Assembly: GCA_020061515.1 (NCBI GenBank)
Contig: JAGUYC010000066.1
Coordinates: 1-53,493, forward strand
Length of the DNA stretch: 53,493 nucleotides
Direction of reading: 5' to 3'
Source: Gemmatimonadota bacterium
GTDB taxonomy: Bacteria > Orphanbacterota > Orphanbacteria > Orphanbacterales > Orphanbacteraceae
Positions 1 through 10,636 of the stretch are shown here, piece by piece; position 1 is the first letter of the stretch; each line of letters opens with the position of its first letter. The notes under the pieces are model-generated. The model saw only the letters and a program-made list of their open reading frames with translations, was not told the origin of the DNA and made no database searches. A program made the position numbers and the translations under genes.

Positions 1-108
1 GGCCGAGACGTCGCGCACCTCGCGGTCGATGGAGCCGCGCACCTCGCGCACGGAGAGAGCGGGAAGAAGCGTCGCGAGCGAGAGGCCGGGACGGTCCTTC
101 ACCATCAT
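1..108 (-). CDS. murE: 5' fragment of probable MurE ligase (runs off window start)
   Basis: ATG at 108 overlaps the ftsI stop (ATGA); reads MMVKDRPGLSLATLLPALSVREVRGSIDREVRDVSA; canonical dcw position after ftsI. Confidence 0.65.
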   Translation of the reverse strand, partial: MMVKDRPGLSLATLLPALSVREVRGSIDREVRDVSA

Positions 109-2090
109 GGCTCGCTCCCCACGAGCGTGCACGCGATCCCCGATCGAAGAAGCGTTCCCGGCGCGGGATCCTGCGAGGCGACCGTCCCCGACCCGCGGAC
201 GCGGACCGCCGCCTCGGCGCGAAGAAGCACCGCTTTCGCCTCGCGGAGGAAGCGCCCCGTGCAGTCGGGCATCGTCTCCGGAAGGCACGCGGCGAAGGAG
301 GGCTCGGGCTCGGCGCGCGCAGGCTCCCCCGCGTGGGCCCAGGTCGCGACCGCTTCCCGGCGAAGCGTGGGGAGGAACGGCTCGGCAATCTCCGAGCACG
401 CCGCCTTGAGGAAGATCTCCCGGACCACCGGGCCCGCGACGGCTCCCCCGTAATAGACGCGGGAGACATCGACGAGGACCACGGCCAAGACGATCCTCGG
501 GTCGTCGGCCGGCGCGTAGCCGATGAACGAGGGGGTGAACCGCGTGTCCGAGTAGCCGCCCCCCTCGACGATCATCTCGGCGGTCCCCGTCTTCCCCGCG
601 AGACGCCAGAGGGGAACGTCGAGGCCCTTGCCGGTCCCGCGGAGCACGACCCCCCGCATGCAGTCCCGCATGAGCGCCGCGGTCTCCGAGGAGACGACGC
701 GGCGGACCGCCCGCGAGCGGAAGCGTTCGCGAACGGTCCCGTCCGGATTCAGGATCGACTCGACGATGCGGGGCTCCATGAGAACGCCGTCGTTGGCGAT
801 CGCGGCGTACGCGGCGGTGAGCTGGAGAAGGGTGACCGCGATCTCCTGTCCAAACGCGACCGTTCCGAGCGAGCGGCCGCTCCACTCGCGGGGGCGGCGG
901 AGAAGCCCGGGGAGCTCACCGGGAAGCGCGATTCCGGTGCGCGCCCCGAACCCGAACGCGCGCGAATAGGAATAGAGCTTCTCCACCCCGCGCGCGTAGG
1001 ATCCTTCTCCGCGCCCGCCGAGGCGGTAGCCGATCTGCGCGCTCACGATGTTCGACGACTTCTCGAATCCCTGCCGCCCCGTGAGCCGATCGTAGCGGCT
1101 CGTTCTCGCCTCGCGGACCTTGTAGCTGCCGAAGCTCATCTCGCCGTTGCCGGCGTCGAAGATCTCGTAAGGGGAAACCGCTTGTTCCTCGAAGGCGGCG
1201 GAGTAGGTGACGAGCTTGAACGTCGAGCCCGGCTCGTACTGCGCCGCGATGCAGCGGTTCATCAGGATCGATCCGCCCGAGCGTCTCCGCTCCTCCTCGG
1301 AGAACGAGGTCGCCATCGCGAGCACATCGCCGGTGGACGGCTCCATCGCCATCGCCATCCCCCACGCGGCCCCCGACGACTCGACCGCCTCGATCAGCTC
1401 CTGCTCGACGATCGTCTGGAGGGACGCGTCGAGCGTAAGCTTTACGTCGCAACCGTCGACGGGCGGACGGTAGGGAAAGCCGGGAAGGGAGCGTGGGCCG
1501 ACCTTCGGGATCGCCTGGAGGACCTTCCAGCCGTCCTCGCCGCGGAGGATCGGCTCGAACTCCTTCTCGATCCCCTCAATCCCCTTCATGTCCAGGTCGG
1601 TGACGCCGACGACCTGAAGGGCGAGGTTCTCGAACGGGCGCGTCCTCTCCTTCTCCGGAATGCAGTAGACGCCGGGAAGATCGGCCTCGGCGATCCGGTC
1701 GCCGACCTCCGGGTCGACCTTGCGGGCGATGTAGGCGAAGCGGGAACGTTTCCCGAGCTTCTCACGCACGGCGGATGGACGAATCCCGAGGATCCCTCCG
1801 AGAACCGCGCCGGTCTCGTCCAGGGCGCCGAGCTCCTGAATCCGCGCGGGGTCGGCGATAATCGTGTTCGAGGAGAGCGTCCGCGCGAGCACCTCTCCGT
1901 TCCGGTCGTAGATCCGCCCGCGGTTCGCGGGGATCGCCACGCGGTACTCGTGCTGCTTCTCCGCGCGCTCCCGGTAGTGCTCATGCTTGAGGATCTGAAT
2001 GTTCATGAGGCAGGCGACGAGGTAGACCCAGAGGCATGCCCCTCCGACGCAGACCAGAAACAGACGGTACCGGGCCTGATACGGACTCAC
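105..2090 (-). CDS. ftsI: Division transpeptidase PBP3/FtsI with C-terminal PASTA domain
   Basis: RGRIYDRNG, EPGSTFK (SxxK), SSN, KTGTA motifs; PASTA-like end; GTG start at 2090 overlaps the ftsL stop. Confidence 0.93.
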   Translation of the reverse strand: MSPYQARYRLFLVCVGGACLWVYLVACLMNIQILKHEHYRERAEKQHEYRVAIPANRGRIYDRNGEVLARTLSSNTIIADPARIQELGALDETGAVLGGILGIRPSAVREKLGKRSRFAYIARKVDPEVGDRIAEADLPGVYCIPEKERTRPFENLALQVVGVTDLDMKGIEGIEKEFEPILRGEDGWKVLQAIPKVGPRSLPGFPYRPPVDGCDVKLTLDASLQTIVEQELIEAVESSGAAWGMAMAMEPSTGDVLAMATSFSEEERRRSGGSILMNRCIAAQYEPGSTFKLVTYSAAFEEQAVSPYEIFDAGNGEMSFGSYKVREARTSRYDRLTGRQGFEKSSNIVSAQIGYRLGGRGEGSYARGVEKLYSYSRAFGFGARTGIALPGELPGLLRRPREWSGRSLGTVAFGQEIAVTLLQLTAAYAAIANDGVLMEPRIVESILNPDGTVRERFRSRAVRRVVSSETAALMRDCMRGVVLRGTGKGLDVPLWRLAGKTGTAEMIVEGGGYSDTRFTPSFIGYAPADDPRIVLAVVLVDVSRVYYGGAVAGPVVREIFLKAACSEIAEPFLPTLRREAVATWAHAGEPARAEPEPSFAACLPETMPDCTGRFLREAKAVLLRAEAAVRVRGSGTVASQDPAPGTLLRSGIACTLVGSEP

Positions 2091-2533
2091 CGATCCCGCT
2101 CCCCTCCCCTCGTCTCCTTTCCGAGTCTGCCGACGCGCTCCCAGAAACGATCGAATCTCCGGCCGGCCGAGCCGAGGATGCCGGCGGCGAGCGATCCGCC
2201 GGCCGGCTGCACGGGCGGAGTCTCCCGCCACTCGGGCAGATACGCCTGCCGCTCGGGCTCCGGGAGCTCGAGCGCAAGAGTGGAAAGCGCGATCTCCTCG
2301 ATTCGCTCCCGCTTCGTGAGCGAGGAGATCCGTCCGCGCGCGCGCTCCACATCGTCGCGAAGCCTCTCGAGACGCATCTCAAGATCTCTGTTTTCCTGGT
2401 GGAGGCGGGTCACGGAGAAGCGCTGGTTGACGCAGGCGACAAGCACGATCACCGACACGACGAGAATGGGAGCGAAGCGGCCGGTCCGGATCCCCGCCCG
2501 GAGACCGCTTCGCACGAGGGCTCTCGCGTTCAT
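2087..2533 (-). CDS. ftsL: Cell division protein FtsL-like (TM helix plus coiled coil)
   Basis: Single TM segment then heptad region ending RIEEIA...LELPEP; lies between rsmH and ftsI with overlapping start/stop codons. Confidence 0.8.
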   Translation of the reverse strand: MNARALVRSGLRAGIRTGRFAPILVVSVIVLVACVNQRFSVTRLHQENRDLEMRLERLRDDVERARGRISSLTKRERIEEIALSTLALELPEPERQAYLPEWRETPPVQPAGGSLAAGILGSAGRRFDRFWERVGRLGKETRGGERDR

Positions 2534-3513
2534 CCGTTCCCCCTTCCTTCTCTCCCCTCGGGGGCGATCCGAACCGCCGCGCGGAGTCGGGCGCTCCTCG
2601 CCCGCGGGTTCCTCGCCACCTCCTCCTCGGACGGTCGGATCGCCCGGCGGGAAGATAGATGGAGCGCCGGGGTGCGTCCGCACCGGCAGACTGGCAGGTG
2701 CGGTGGACAGACGCAGCCCCGGGCCCACTCCTGAAAACGTTGCTTGACGACTCGATCTTCGATCGAGTGATACGCGATCACGGCGATGCGCCCGCCCGGC
2801 GCGAGCACGTCCACGGCCTGCGACAGTCCTTCCTCGAGCGAGGCGATCTCCTCGTTCACCTCGATGCGGATCGCTTGGAACACGCGCGCGAGTCCCTTGA
2901 TCCTTCCTTGGGCCGGAAGACGCGAAGAGACAACCTCGGCCAGCCGGCGCGTGCCGGCGATCGGAGCCGTCTCTCGCGCGCGCACGATCGCCCGCGCGAT
3001 CGCCCCGGCGTTCCGTTCTTCCCCCCAGCGGCGGATCATCCTCGCGAGTTCCTCGGCCGAGTAGCCGTTCACCACGTCGTAGGCGCTCCTGGTCCCGCTC
3101 CGGTCCATCCTCATGTCGAGCGCCCCCTCGGTCCGGTAGGAGAACCCGCGCTCGGAACGGTCGATTTGGAAGGAGCCGATCCCGAGGTCGAAGAGGATTC
3201 CCCCCACGCGCCCTTCCGATCCGGGACCGAGGAGCGCGCGAAGATCCCGAAAATTCCCTCGCACCAGATCCACGGGAACCGCGGATCGCACGAAGCGGCG
3301 CCCGGCTTCCTCGAGAATCTCTCCGTCGCGATCGATCCCCACGACACGCTCGATTCCCTCCACGGCATCGAGGACCGCGGCCGTGTGGTTGCCCAGCCCG
3401 AAGGTCGCGTCGACGAAGACTCCGCCCGGGAACGGCCGCAGCGCCTCGGCGACCTCGCGCGCCAAGACCGGTTCGTGGCCCCCTCCGCCGAGGGCCGGGT
3501 CATCGGATCTCAT
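2530..3513 (-). CDS. rsmH: 16S rRNA m4C1402 methyltransferase
   Basis: HEPVL, DATFGLGNH, LDMRMD, FQAIRIEVNEE, YHSIEDR, NPRARSARLR motifs. Confidence 0.97.
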   Translation of the reverse strand: MRSDDPALGGGGHEPVLAREVAEALRPFPGGVFVDATFGLGNHTAAVLDAVEGIERVVGIDRDGEILEEAGRRFVRSAVPVDLVRGNFRDLRALLGPGSEGRVGGILFDLGIGSFQIDRSERGFSYRTEGALDMRMDRSGTRSAYDVVNGYSAEELARMIRRWGEERNAGAIARAIVRARETAPIAGTRRLAEVVSSRLPAQGRIKGLARVFQAIRIEVNEEIASLEEGLSQAVDVLAPGGRIAVIAYHSIEDRVVKQRFQEWARGCVCPPHLPVCRCGRTPALHLSSRRAIRPSEEEVARNPRARSARLRAAVRIAPEGREGRGNG

Positions 3514-3973
3514 CGGGACGCGACTTCTCGTGCAACCGAGCCAGCTCCTCGGCGGCCCGCTCGAACGTCATGTCCGATCCGGAGTGGTACGCCTCATAGA
3601 TTTCTGGGTTAAATATTTCAATATGTTGGAACACACCGAGCACGAGCGCCTCGCGGTCGATCTTCGCGTACTCGCGAAGGTCCTTCGAGAGGACGATCCG
3701 GCCTTGCGCGTCAAGAACGCACGGCTTCGCGTGATACCCCATCATGCGGGCGATCCGCCGGACGTTGGTCGATGTGAACGGAAGACGGTGGATCAGGCTC
3801 TCTTCTTCCTCCCATCGGTCGGGAGGATAGAGAGCGATGCAGTGCTCGTAGCCGAGGGTCAGGGTTCCCGAGCGGCCGGGCTCGGGGAAGAGAATCTTGC
3901 GGAAAGCCGCTGGGATGATCACGCGCCCCTTCGAGTCGACGGCGACGCGATGGGAGCCGAGGAGCCGTTCCAC
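3500..3973 (-). CDS. mraZ: Division/cell-wall cluster transcriptional repressor
   Basis: Two DxxGR motifs (DSKGRVIIP, DAQGRIVL); first gene of the dcw cluster. Confidence 0.93.
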   Translation of the reverse strand: MERLLGSHRVAVDSKGRVIIPAAFRKILFPEPGRSGTLTLGYEHCIALYPPDRWEEEESLIHRLPFTSTNVRRIARMMGYHAKPCVLDAQGRIVLSKDLREYAKIDREALVLGVFQHIEIFNPEIYEAYHSGSDMTFERAAEELARLHEKSRPDEIR

Positions 3974-4168
3974 CGTTTCCCTCCGGGTGCGGCGGAAGGC
4001 GGGTGCACTCGCGATTTCCCTTCGCTCGTTTCGGGCGCCGTGCTATCCTTCGCCCGCACGGCTGTCGAGATCCGGCCCCCCGGATTCCGCTCGACAGCGA
4101 TGCGAGGAACCCATGGCCTCTGCGCTCCTGCTCGGGGGCTCCGAAACAAACAATAGAGGGGACCGCGC

Positions 4169-4221
4169 CCCACTTCCACCCACGGATCCCCACTTTATGC
4201 CCCCGCTTGGGAGCGTGTCAA
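4169..4221 (-). promoter_or_regulatory. Sigma70 mra promoter overlapped by three MraZ boxes
   Basis: TTGACA (4221-4216), 18 nt, TAAAGT (4197-4192); GTGGG at 4193-4189, 4183-4179 and 4173-4169 with exact 10-bp period. Confidence 0.85.
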
Positions 4222-4385
4222 CACTTTTTTCCCTCTCCGGCGCCCTTTTCCCGCACGTCTTCCCCGCGGCGAAGCGGCTCCCCCCCCGGCTCTCGAATCC
4301 GATCGAAGGAAACGTCGCAACCTCTTATCGAAAGGCGAATTGACCCTCGGCCTGCGAAGGTGGGGAGAAGTGGGAGAAAGAAGAG

Positions 4386-4413
4386 AAAGACCGGACGCGC
4401 CTGTCCGGTCTTT
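4386..4413 (-). terminator. Intrinsic terminator after the acyl-CoA dehydrogenase gene
   Basis: AAAGACCGGAC-N6-GTCCGGTCTTT hairpin with T-rich tracts on both strands. Confidence 0.75.
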
Positions 4414-4434
4414 TGATGGTTCAAGAATCGCGGG

Positions 4435-5580
4435 TCAGTCCCCTCGGACGACGTCGCGCCCGATCGTGCTTCTCTGGATCTCGGACGTTCCTTCGAAGAT
4501 CTCCGCCGCCTTCGCGTCGCGGTAGATCTGCTCGATGCGATACTCGCGCATGTAGCCGTAGCCGCCGTGAATCTGGATCGCGCGGCTCGCGGTGCGGGTC
4601 GCCGTCTCGGTGGCGAAGAGCTTCGCCTGGCACGCCTGCCTGGCGTACGGAAGGTCCTTCTCCTTCCGCCAGCCCGCCTCGTACGTGAGCAGGCGCGCGG
4701 CGTCGATCTCGGTTCTCATGTCGGCGAAGAGCCACTGGATCCCCTGAAAGTCGGCGATCCGTTGCCCGAACTGCTCGCGCGCGCGCGCGTAGTCGCGCGC
4801 CGCTTCGAAGGCCTCCTCCGCCATGCCGACCGCGGAGGCGGCCACCGCGATCCGTCCGCCGTGGAGCGTCTCGATCGCGATCCGAAGTCCCTTCCCCGGC
4901 GCGCCGAGGAGCGCGCTCTCCGGAACCTCGACGTCGCGGAAGATCAGCTCGCACGTGGGCGAGCTCTTCAGCCCCATCTTGTTCTCCACCGTGCCGACGG
5001 AGAAGCCCGGCGCGGTCGCATCGACGAGAAACGCCGACATCCCGCGGATCGCGCCGCCCCCCCGATCGATCTTCGAGAAGAGGATCACGAAATCGGCGAC
5101 CGAGCCGTTCGTGATGAAGATCTTCGTTCCGTTGATGACGTAGCGGTCTTTCTTCTTCACCGCGGCCGTCTTGATGTGGGTCGCGTCCGATCCGGCGTCC
5201 GGCTCGCTGAGGGCGTAGCACCCGAGAAGCTCTCCCGTCGCGGAGCCGCGGAGATACTTCCGCTTCTGCTCTTCGGTGCCGAAGACGAGGAGCGGATAGT
5301 TGAGGAGCGAATTATGAAGCCCGAGAGTCATCCCCTGCCCGGCGCTCGCGCGGGAGATCTCTTCGGTGGCGATGAGATAGCTCGTGAAGTCGAGCCCCTG
5401 CCCGCCGTATTCCTCCGGGACGCACATGCCGAGGAAGCCGTTCTCGGCAAGCCTCTTGGTGATCGGGCGAGAGAACTCCCCCTTCTCCTCCGCCTCCGCC
5501 GCCTCCTCGCGGATCTCGTCCGCGAACTGGCGCGCCATGTTCCGAATCATCTCTTGCTCTTCGGTCCAACTGAAGTCCAT
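4435..5580 (-). CDS. Acyl-CoA dehydrogenase (short/branched-chain type)
   Basis: MDFSWTEEQ start, ALSEPDAGSDA, GTKIFITNG, REQFG, QIHGGYGY, IFEGTSEIQR. Confidence 0.95.
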   Translation of the reverse strand: MDFSWTEEQEMIRNMARQFADEIREEAAEAEEKGEFSRPITKRLAENGFLGMCVPEEYGGQGLDFTSYLIATEEISRASAGQGMTLGLHNSLLNYPLLVFGTEEQKRKYLRGSATGELLGCYALSEPDAGSDATHIKTAAVKKKDRYVINGTKIFITNGSVADFVILFSKIDRGGGAIRGMSAFLVDATAPGFSVGTVENKMGLKSSPTCELIFRDVEVPESALLGAPGKGLRIAIETLHGGRIAVAASAVGMAEEAFEAARDYARAREQFGQRIADFQGIQWLFADMRTEIDAARLLTYEAGWRKEKDLPYARQACQAKLFATETATRTASRAIQIHGGYGYMREYRIEQIYRDAKAAEIFEGTSEIQRSTIGRDVVRGD

Positions 5581-5650
5581 CTTCTTCTCCGGCGGCCGGG
5601 CGGGGCGCACGAACCCTTCGCGCCCGGGCAAGGAGCGGATCCGGGGCCGC

Positions 5651-6433
5651 CTACTTCCCGCGGAACTCCGCTTTCCGTTTCTCGAGGAACGCGCGGCACC
5701 CTTCCTTCGCGTCCTCGGTTCCGCACACGAGCCCGAAGAGGGACGCTTCGTAGGCGCTCCCCTCCTCCAGCGTCATGTCGAGACCGTGATGGATTGCGTC
5801 GAGGGCGCAGCGCACCGCGATCGGTCCGACCTTGTAGATCGGCTCCAGGATCTCCCCGCACGCGTCGAGAAGATTCTCTGGCGGAACGACGCGGTTGACG
5901 AGTCCGATTCGAAGCGCCTCGTCGGCGAGGACCTTGCGTCCGGTCGCGACGATCTCCGAGGCGATTCCTTTCCCGACGAGCCGCGCGAGGCGCTGGGTCC
6001 CGCCGTAGCCGGGGATCACCCCGAGACTGACCTCCGGGAGCCCGAAGACCGCCTTCTCCGAGGCGACGCGCATCGTGCACGCGAGCGCGAGCTCGCATCC
6101 TCCGCCGAGAGCGAAGCCGTTCACGGCCGCGATCACCGGCTTTCCGATCTTCTCGATCAGCCCGAACACGTGCTGCCCGGAGAGGGAGAACGCGCGGGCG
6201 CCTTCCGCGTCGAGCGCGGCGATCTCGTTGATGTCGGCCCCCGCCACGAAGGCGCGGTCCCCCTCGCCGGTGACGATCACGCCTCCCACCGAGGAATCCC
6301 TTTTGAGTTCAAGGAAAACCTCGCGGAGCTCGTTCATCGTCTCCTTGTTCAGGGCGTTCAGGACCTTCGGGCGGTTGATGCGGACGACCGCCGTCTTTCC
6401 GGTCCGATCGACGACGAGATGCTTCGCCTCCAT
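5651..6433 (-). CDS. Enoyl-CoA hydratase (crotonase family)
   Basis: NRPKVLNAL, AFVAGADI, GFALGGGCEL, PEVSLGVIPGYGGTQRL. Confidence 0.95.
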   Translation of the reverse strand: MEAKHLVVDRTGKTAVVRINRPKVLNALNKETMNELREVFLELKRDSSVGGVIVTGEGDRAFVAGADINEIAALDAEGARAFSLSGQHVFGLIEKIGKPVIAAVNGFALGGGCELALACTMRVASEKAVFGLPEVSLGVIPGYGGTQRLARLVGKGIASEIVATGRKVLADEALRIGLVNRVVPPENLLDACGEILEPIYKVGPIAVRCALDAIHHGLDMTLEEGSAYEASLFGLVCGTEDAKEGCRAFLEKRKAEFRGK

Positions 6434-6599
6434 GTTCGCCTCCCCTCTCTTCGTTCGAATCGAGAAGCGCCGCGCTCCGTCCGGACGGTCCGCCGCCCGG
6501 CCGGATGCGTGTCCCTTGCCTCGCGCGGAGAGCGTGCCGGTCGGTCCGCCGCCGGAAAGAAGCGCCGTCCCTTCCGGAGCGGAACGGTCACGCTCTCCC

Positions 6600-6716
6600 A
6601 GGCTACCGGCACGGCGCGCGGGGTGTCAACAGCATTCTCCCCGAGGCGCGGCGCGTAACTCGTTCGAAAGCAAAAGGGTTATCCGATTGACGCGGCGCCC
6701 CGCTTCCCGCTAGTCT
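6600..6716. promoter_or_regulatory. Divergent sigma70 promoters for the crotonase gene (-) and the mutase gene (+)
   Basis: Minus: TTGACA 6629-6624, 18 nt, TAGCCT 6605-6600. Plus: TTGACG 6687-6692, 18 nt, TAGTCT 6711-6716, 6 nt before the ATG. Confidence 0.6.
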
Positions 6717-6722
6717 CCTCGC

Positions 6723-8393
<1,671 letters not shown>

Positions 8394-8414
8394 CCTGGCC
8401 GGGGAGGATGCCTC

Positions 8415-8816
8415 TTGAAGATCGTTCGGGTCGATCATGTCGGGATCGCGATGCAGGAGATCGAGTCGATCGGTCCCCTTCTTCGCGCCCTCTTTCCCGA
8501 TCGGGATCCCCACGTGGAGACGGTTCCGGATCAGGGGGTGAAGACGACCTCCCACCGCGCGGGGGAGACGTCCCTCGAGTTCCTCGAGGGGTCCGGCGCG
8601 GATGGCCCGGTCGATCGGTTCCTCGCGAAGCGAGGGAACGGGATCCACCACATCGCGCTCGCGGTCGAGGATCTCGAGGGGGCTCTCGCGGAGCTTCGAG
8701 AAGCCGGCATCCCTCTCATCGACGAGACGCCTCGGCGCGGCGCGGAGGGGAAGCGAATCGCTTTCCTTCATCCGAAGGGGACCGGCGGGATCCTGATCGA
8801 GCTGTGCGAGGCGTGA
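8415..8816 (+). CDS. mce: Methylmalonyl-CoA epimerase
   Basis: VOC fold motifs DHVGIA, GIHHIAL, AFLHPKGTGGILIEL; GGAGG RBS before TTG. Confidence 0.93.
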   Translation: MKIVRVDHVGIAMQEIESIGPLLRALFPDRDPHVETVPDQGVKTTSHRAGETSLEFLEGSGADGPVDRFLAKRGNGIHHIALAVEDLEGALAELREAGIPLIDETPRRGAEGKRIAFLHPKGTGGILIELCEA

Positions 8817-8883
8817 TCCGGGCCGCGCGGCGGCGCGGGTCCTTGTTCTTCATTTCTCAAGGATCGAGAGGCGGCCGAGACCG

Positions 8884-10584
8884 GTGACCACGTTTCTTCT
8901 TCCGATCGGTGCGCTGTTCTTCCTCGCCGCAACCCTCCTCCTCCGGCAGCCTCCGGGGCTCGCGATCACCGCGCTTCTTCTCTCCGCCGTCTCGTTCGTC
9001 CCGATTTCGAGCGAGTTTCCCCGGACCTTCGAGCGGGCGGGCGCGCGGGTCGAGCGACGCTTCGCTCTCCTTCTCGGTCTTCTGACGGCGGCGCTTGTTG
9101 CGTTCTACGCTTGGCTCTGGGGATTCCACGCATACCGGTTCCAGCCGGTCGTTCACGACGAGTTCGCCTATCTCTTTCAGGCGAAAACCTTTCTCGCGGG
9201 CCGACTTCTCTTTCCATCCCCGCCCGAGCCGCTCTTCTTCGACGCGTTTCACATCCTGACCGATCCGGTCTACGCGTCGAAATACCCGCCGGGACACGCG
9301 CTTCTTCTTCTCCCCGGAGTCTCGCTCGGCGTGCCGTGGCTCGTCCCGATCCTCGCGACCGCCCTCTCGCTCGCGCTCCTCGGGATTCTCGCGAGGCCGC
9401 ATCTCGGCGCCGCGGGATCCCTTCTTCTCGTCCTTCTCTTCGGCTTCGCTCCCGCGGGGATCCAAACGGCGACTACCTACCTCTCGCAGACGTCGTATCT
9501 CCTCTCGTTCCTCCTCTTCGTCTTCTTCTTGACGCGCTGGGTGCGGAGCGGCGGGCGCGCGAACCCTCTTCTCGCGGGGCTCTTTCTCGGTCTCGCGTTC
9601 CTCGTCCGGCACTGGAATGCCGTCGTGCTCGCTGCGTTCGCAGCCGCGTGTCTTCTTCTCTTCCGCGAAGCGCGCGCTTCCTTCCGGAGACCGGCGCGGA
9701 CCGCGCTCTTTCTCCTTCCTCTCGCGCTCGCTGCGTTCTCGGTGCTCGCGTACAACCGCGCCGTCACCGGCTCGGCCTTCACGACCCCCTGGGAGCTTTA
9801 TGCCGAAAGGAGCCAGCCCGAGGACCGGTTCGGGTTCTACAGAGGGGAACCGATCGAGGAGCGCTCGGTCGCCGCGGGGAAACGGATCTACAACGAACGA
9901 GTGCTCTATCCGAACCGCACGCGCTACACGCCGGACCTCGCGATCCGATCGCTCCTTATCTTGCGGATCCCGATGTCCGCGTGGGAGGCGCTCCCGCCGG
10001 TCGGCTTCCTCTTTCTCGTGCCGTTCCTCCTCGCGCTTCGGGGCGCGCGGCGCCAGGCCGGTCTTGCGGCACTCTCGTTCTCGTTCCTTCTCCACGCGGC
10101 GTACCTTCTGTATTGGTTCCCGTGGGGACCGTACTACCACGAGATCACGCCCCTTCTTCTCGCGCTCCCCCTTCTCGGCGCGCGGGAGACGATGGAGCGC
10201 GCGTCGCGAGAGAGGCGTCCCGGCGTCTTCCTTTCGGCGATCCTTCTCCTCTCCCTTACCCTGGCGGCGGCCGCGGCCCGTCTCCCCTTCCAGATCGACT
10301 TCCGAAGGGAGAAGGCGGCCGTTCACGCCCGCTTCGAGCGCCTCGCCCTGCGCCGAACGCCGCCCGGATCGATCCTCTTCCTTCGCTACGGACGGGGTCA
10401 CAACCCGGACCTCGACCTCGTGAACAACGAGCCGGACCTCGCGCGCGCGGCGAGGATCTACGTCCACGATCTCGGCGAGGAGAGAAATCGAGCGTTCCGC
10501 GAGGCGCACTTCCCGGACCGCGCGCCGTTTCATTTCGACGAGGATCGCCGCACGGTCGCGCCCGGCTACGCGCCCCCCCAATAG
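8884..10584 (+). CDS. Polytopic membrane protein, GT-C (PMT/ArnT-like) glycosyltransferase candidate
   Basis: Many TM segments; HDEFAYLFQA and KYPPG in the first external loop. Confidence 0.65.
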   Translation: MTTFLLPIGALFFLAATLLLRQPPGLAITALLLSAVSFVPISSEFPRTFERAGARVERRFALLLGLLTAALVAFYAWLWGFHAYRFQPVVHDEFAYLFQAKTFLAGRLLFPSPPEPLFFDAFHILTDPVYASKYPPGHALLLLPGVSLGVPWLVPILATALSLALLGILARPHLGAAGSLLLVLLFGFAPAGIQTATTYLSQTSYLLSFLLFVFFLTRWVRSGGRANPLLAGLFLGLAFLVRHWNAVVLAAFAAACLLLFREARASFRRPARTALFLLPLALAAFSVLAYNRAVTGSAFTTPWELYAERSQPEDRFGFYRGEPIEERSVAAGKRIYNERVLYPNRTRYTPDLAIRSLLILRIPMSAWEALPPVGFLFLVPFLLALRGARRQAGLAALSFSFLLHAAYLLYWFPWGPYYHEITPLLLALPLLGARETMERASRERRPGVFLSAILLLSLTLAAAAARLPFQIDFRREKAAVHARFERLALRRTPPGSILFLRYGRGHNPDLDLVNNEPDLARAARIYVHDLGEERNRAFREAHFPDRAPFHFDEDRRTVAPGYAPPQ

Positions 10585-10589
10585 AAAGA

Positions 10590-10611
10590 GGCCGCGGGCG
10601 GTCCCGCGGCC
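10590..10611 (-). terminator. Intrinsic terminator between convergent genes
   Basis: GGCCGCGGG-cggt-CCCGCGGCC followed by TCTTTCTATT on the minus strand. Confidence 0.7.
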
Positions 10612-10636
10612 CTTCGTCAAGAGCTTGAGATCTCGA

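Noticed and set aside
333-2747. Long antisense and alternate-frame ORFs here and elsewhere (e.g. 6603-8771, 28721-30820, 40416-42500, 49301-51697)
   Set aside because: Shadow ORFs expected in high-GC DNA; they overlap well-supported genes, are Arg/Pro-rich and lack motifs
6434-6722. Cobalamin riboswitch upstream of the mutase gene
   Set aside because: No B12-box consensus seen, and the promoter geometry implies almost no leader
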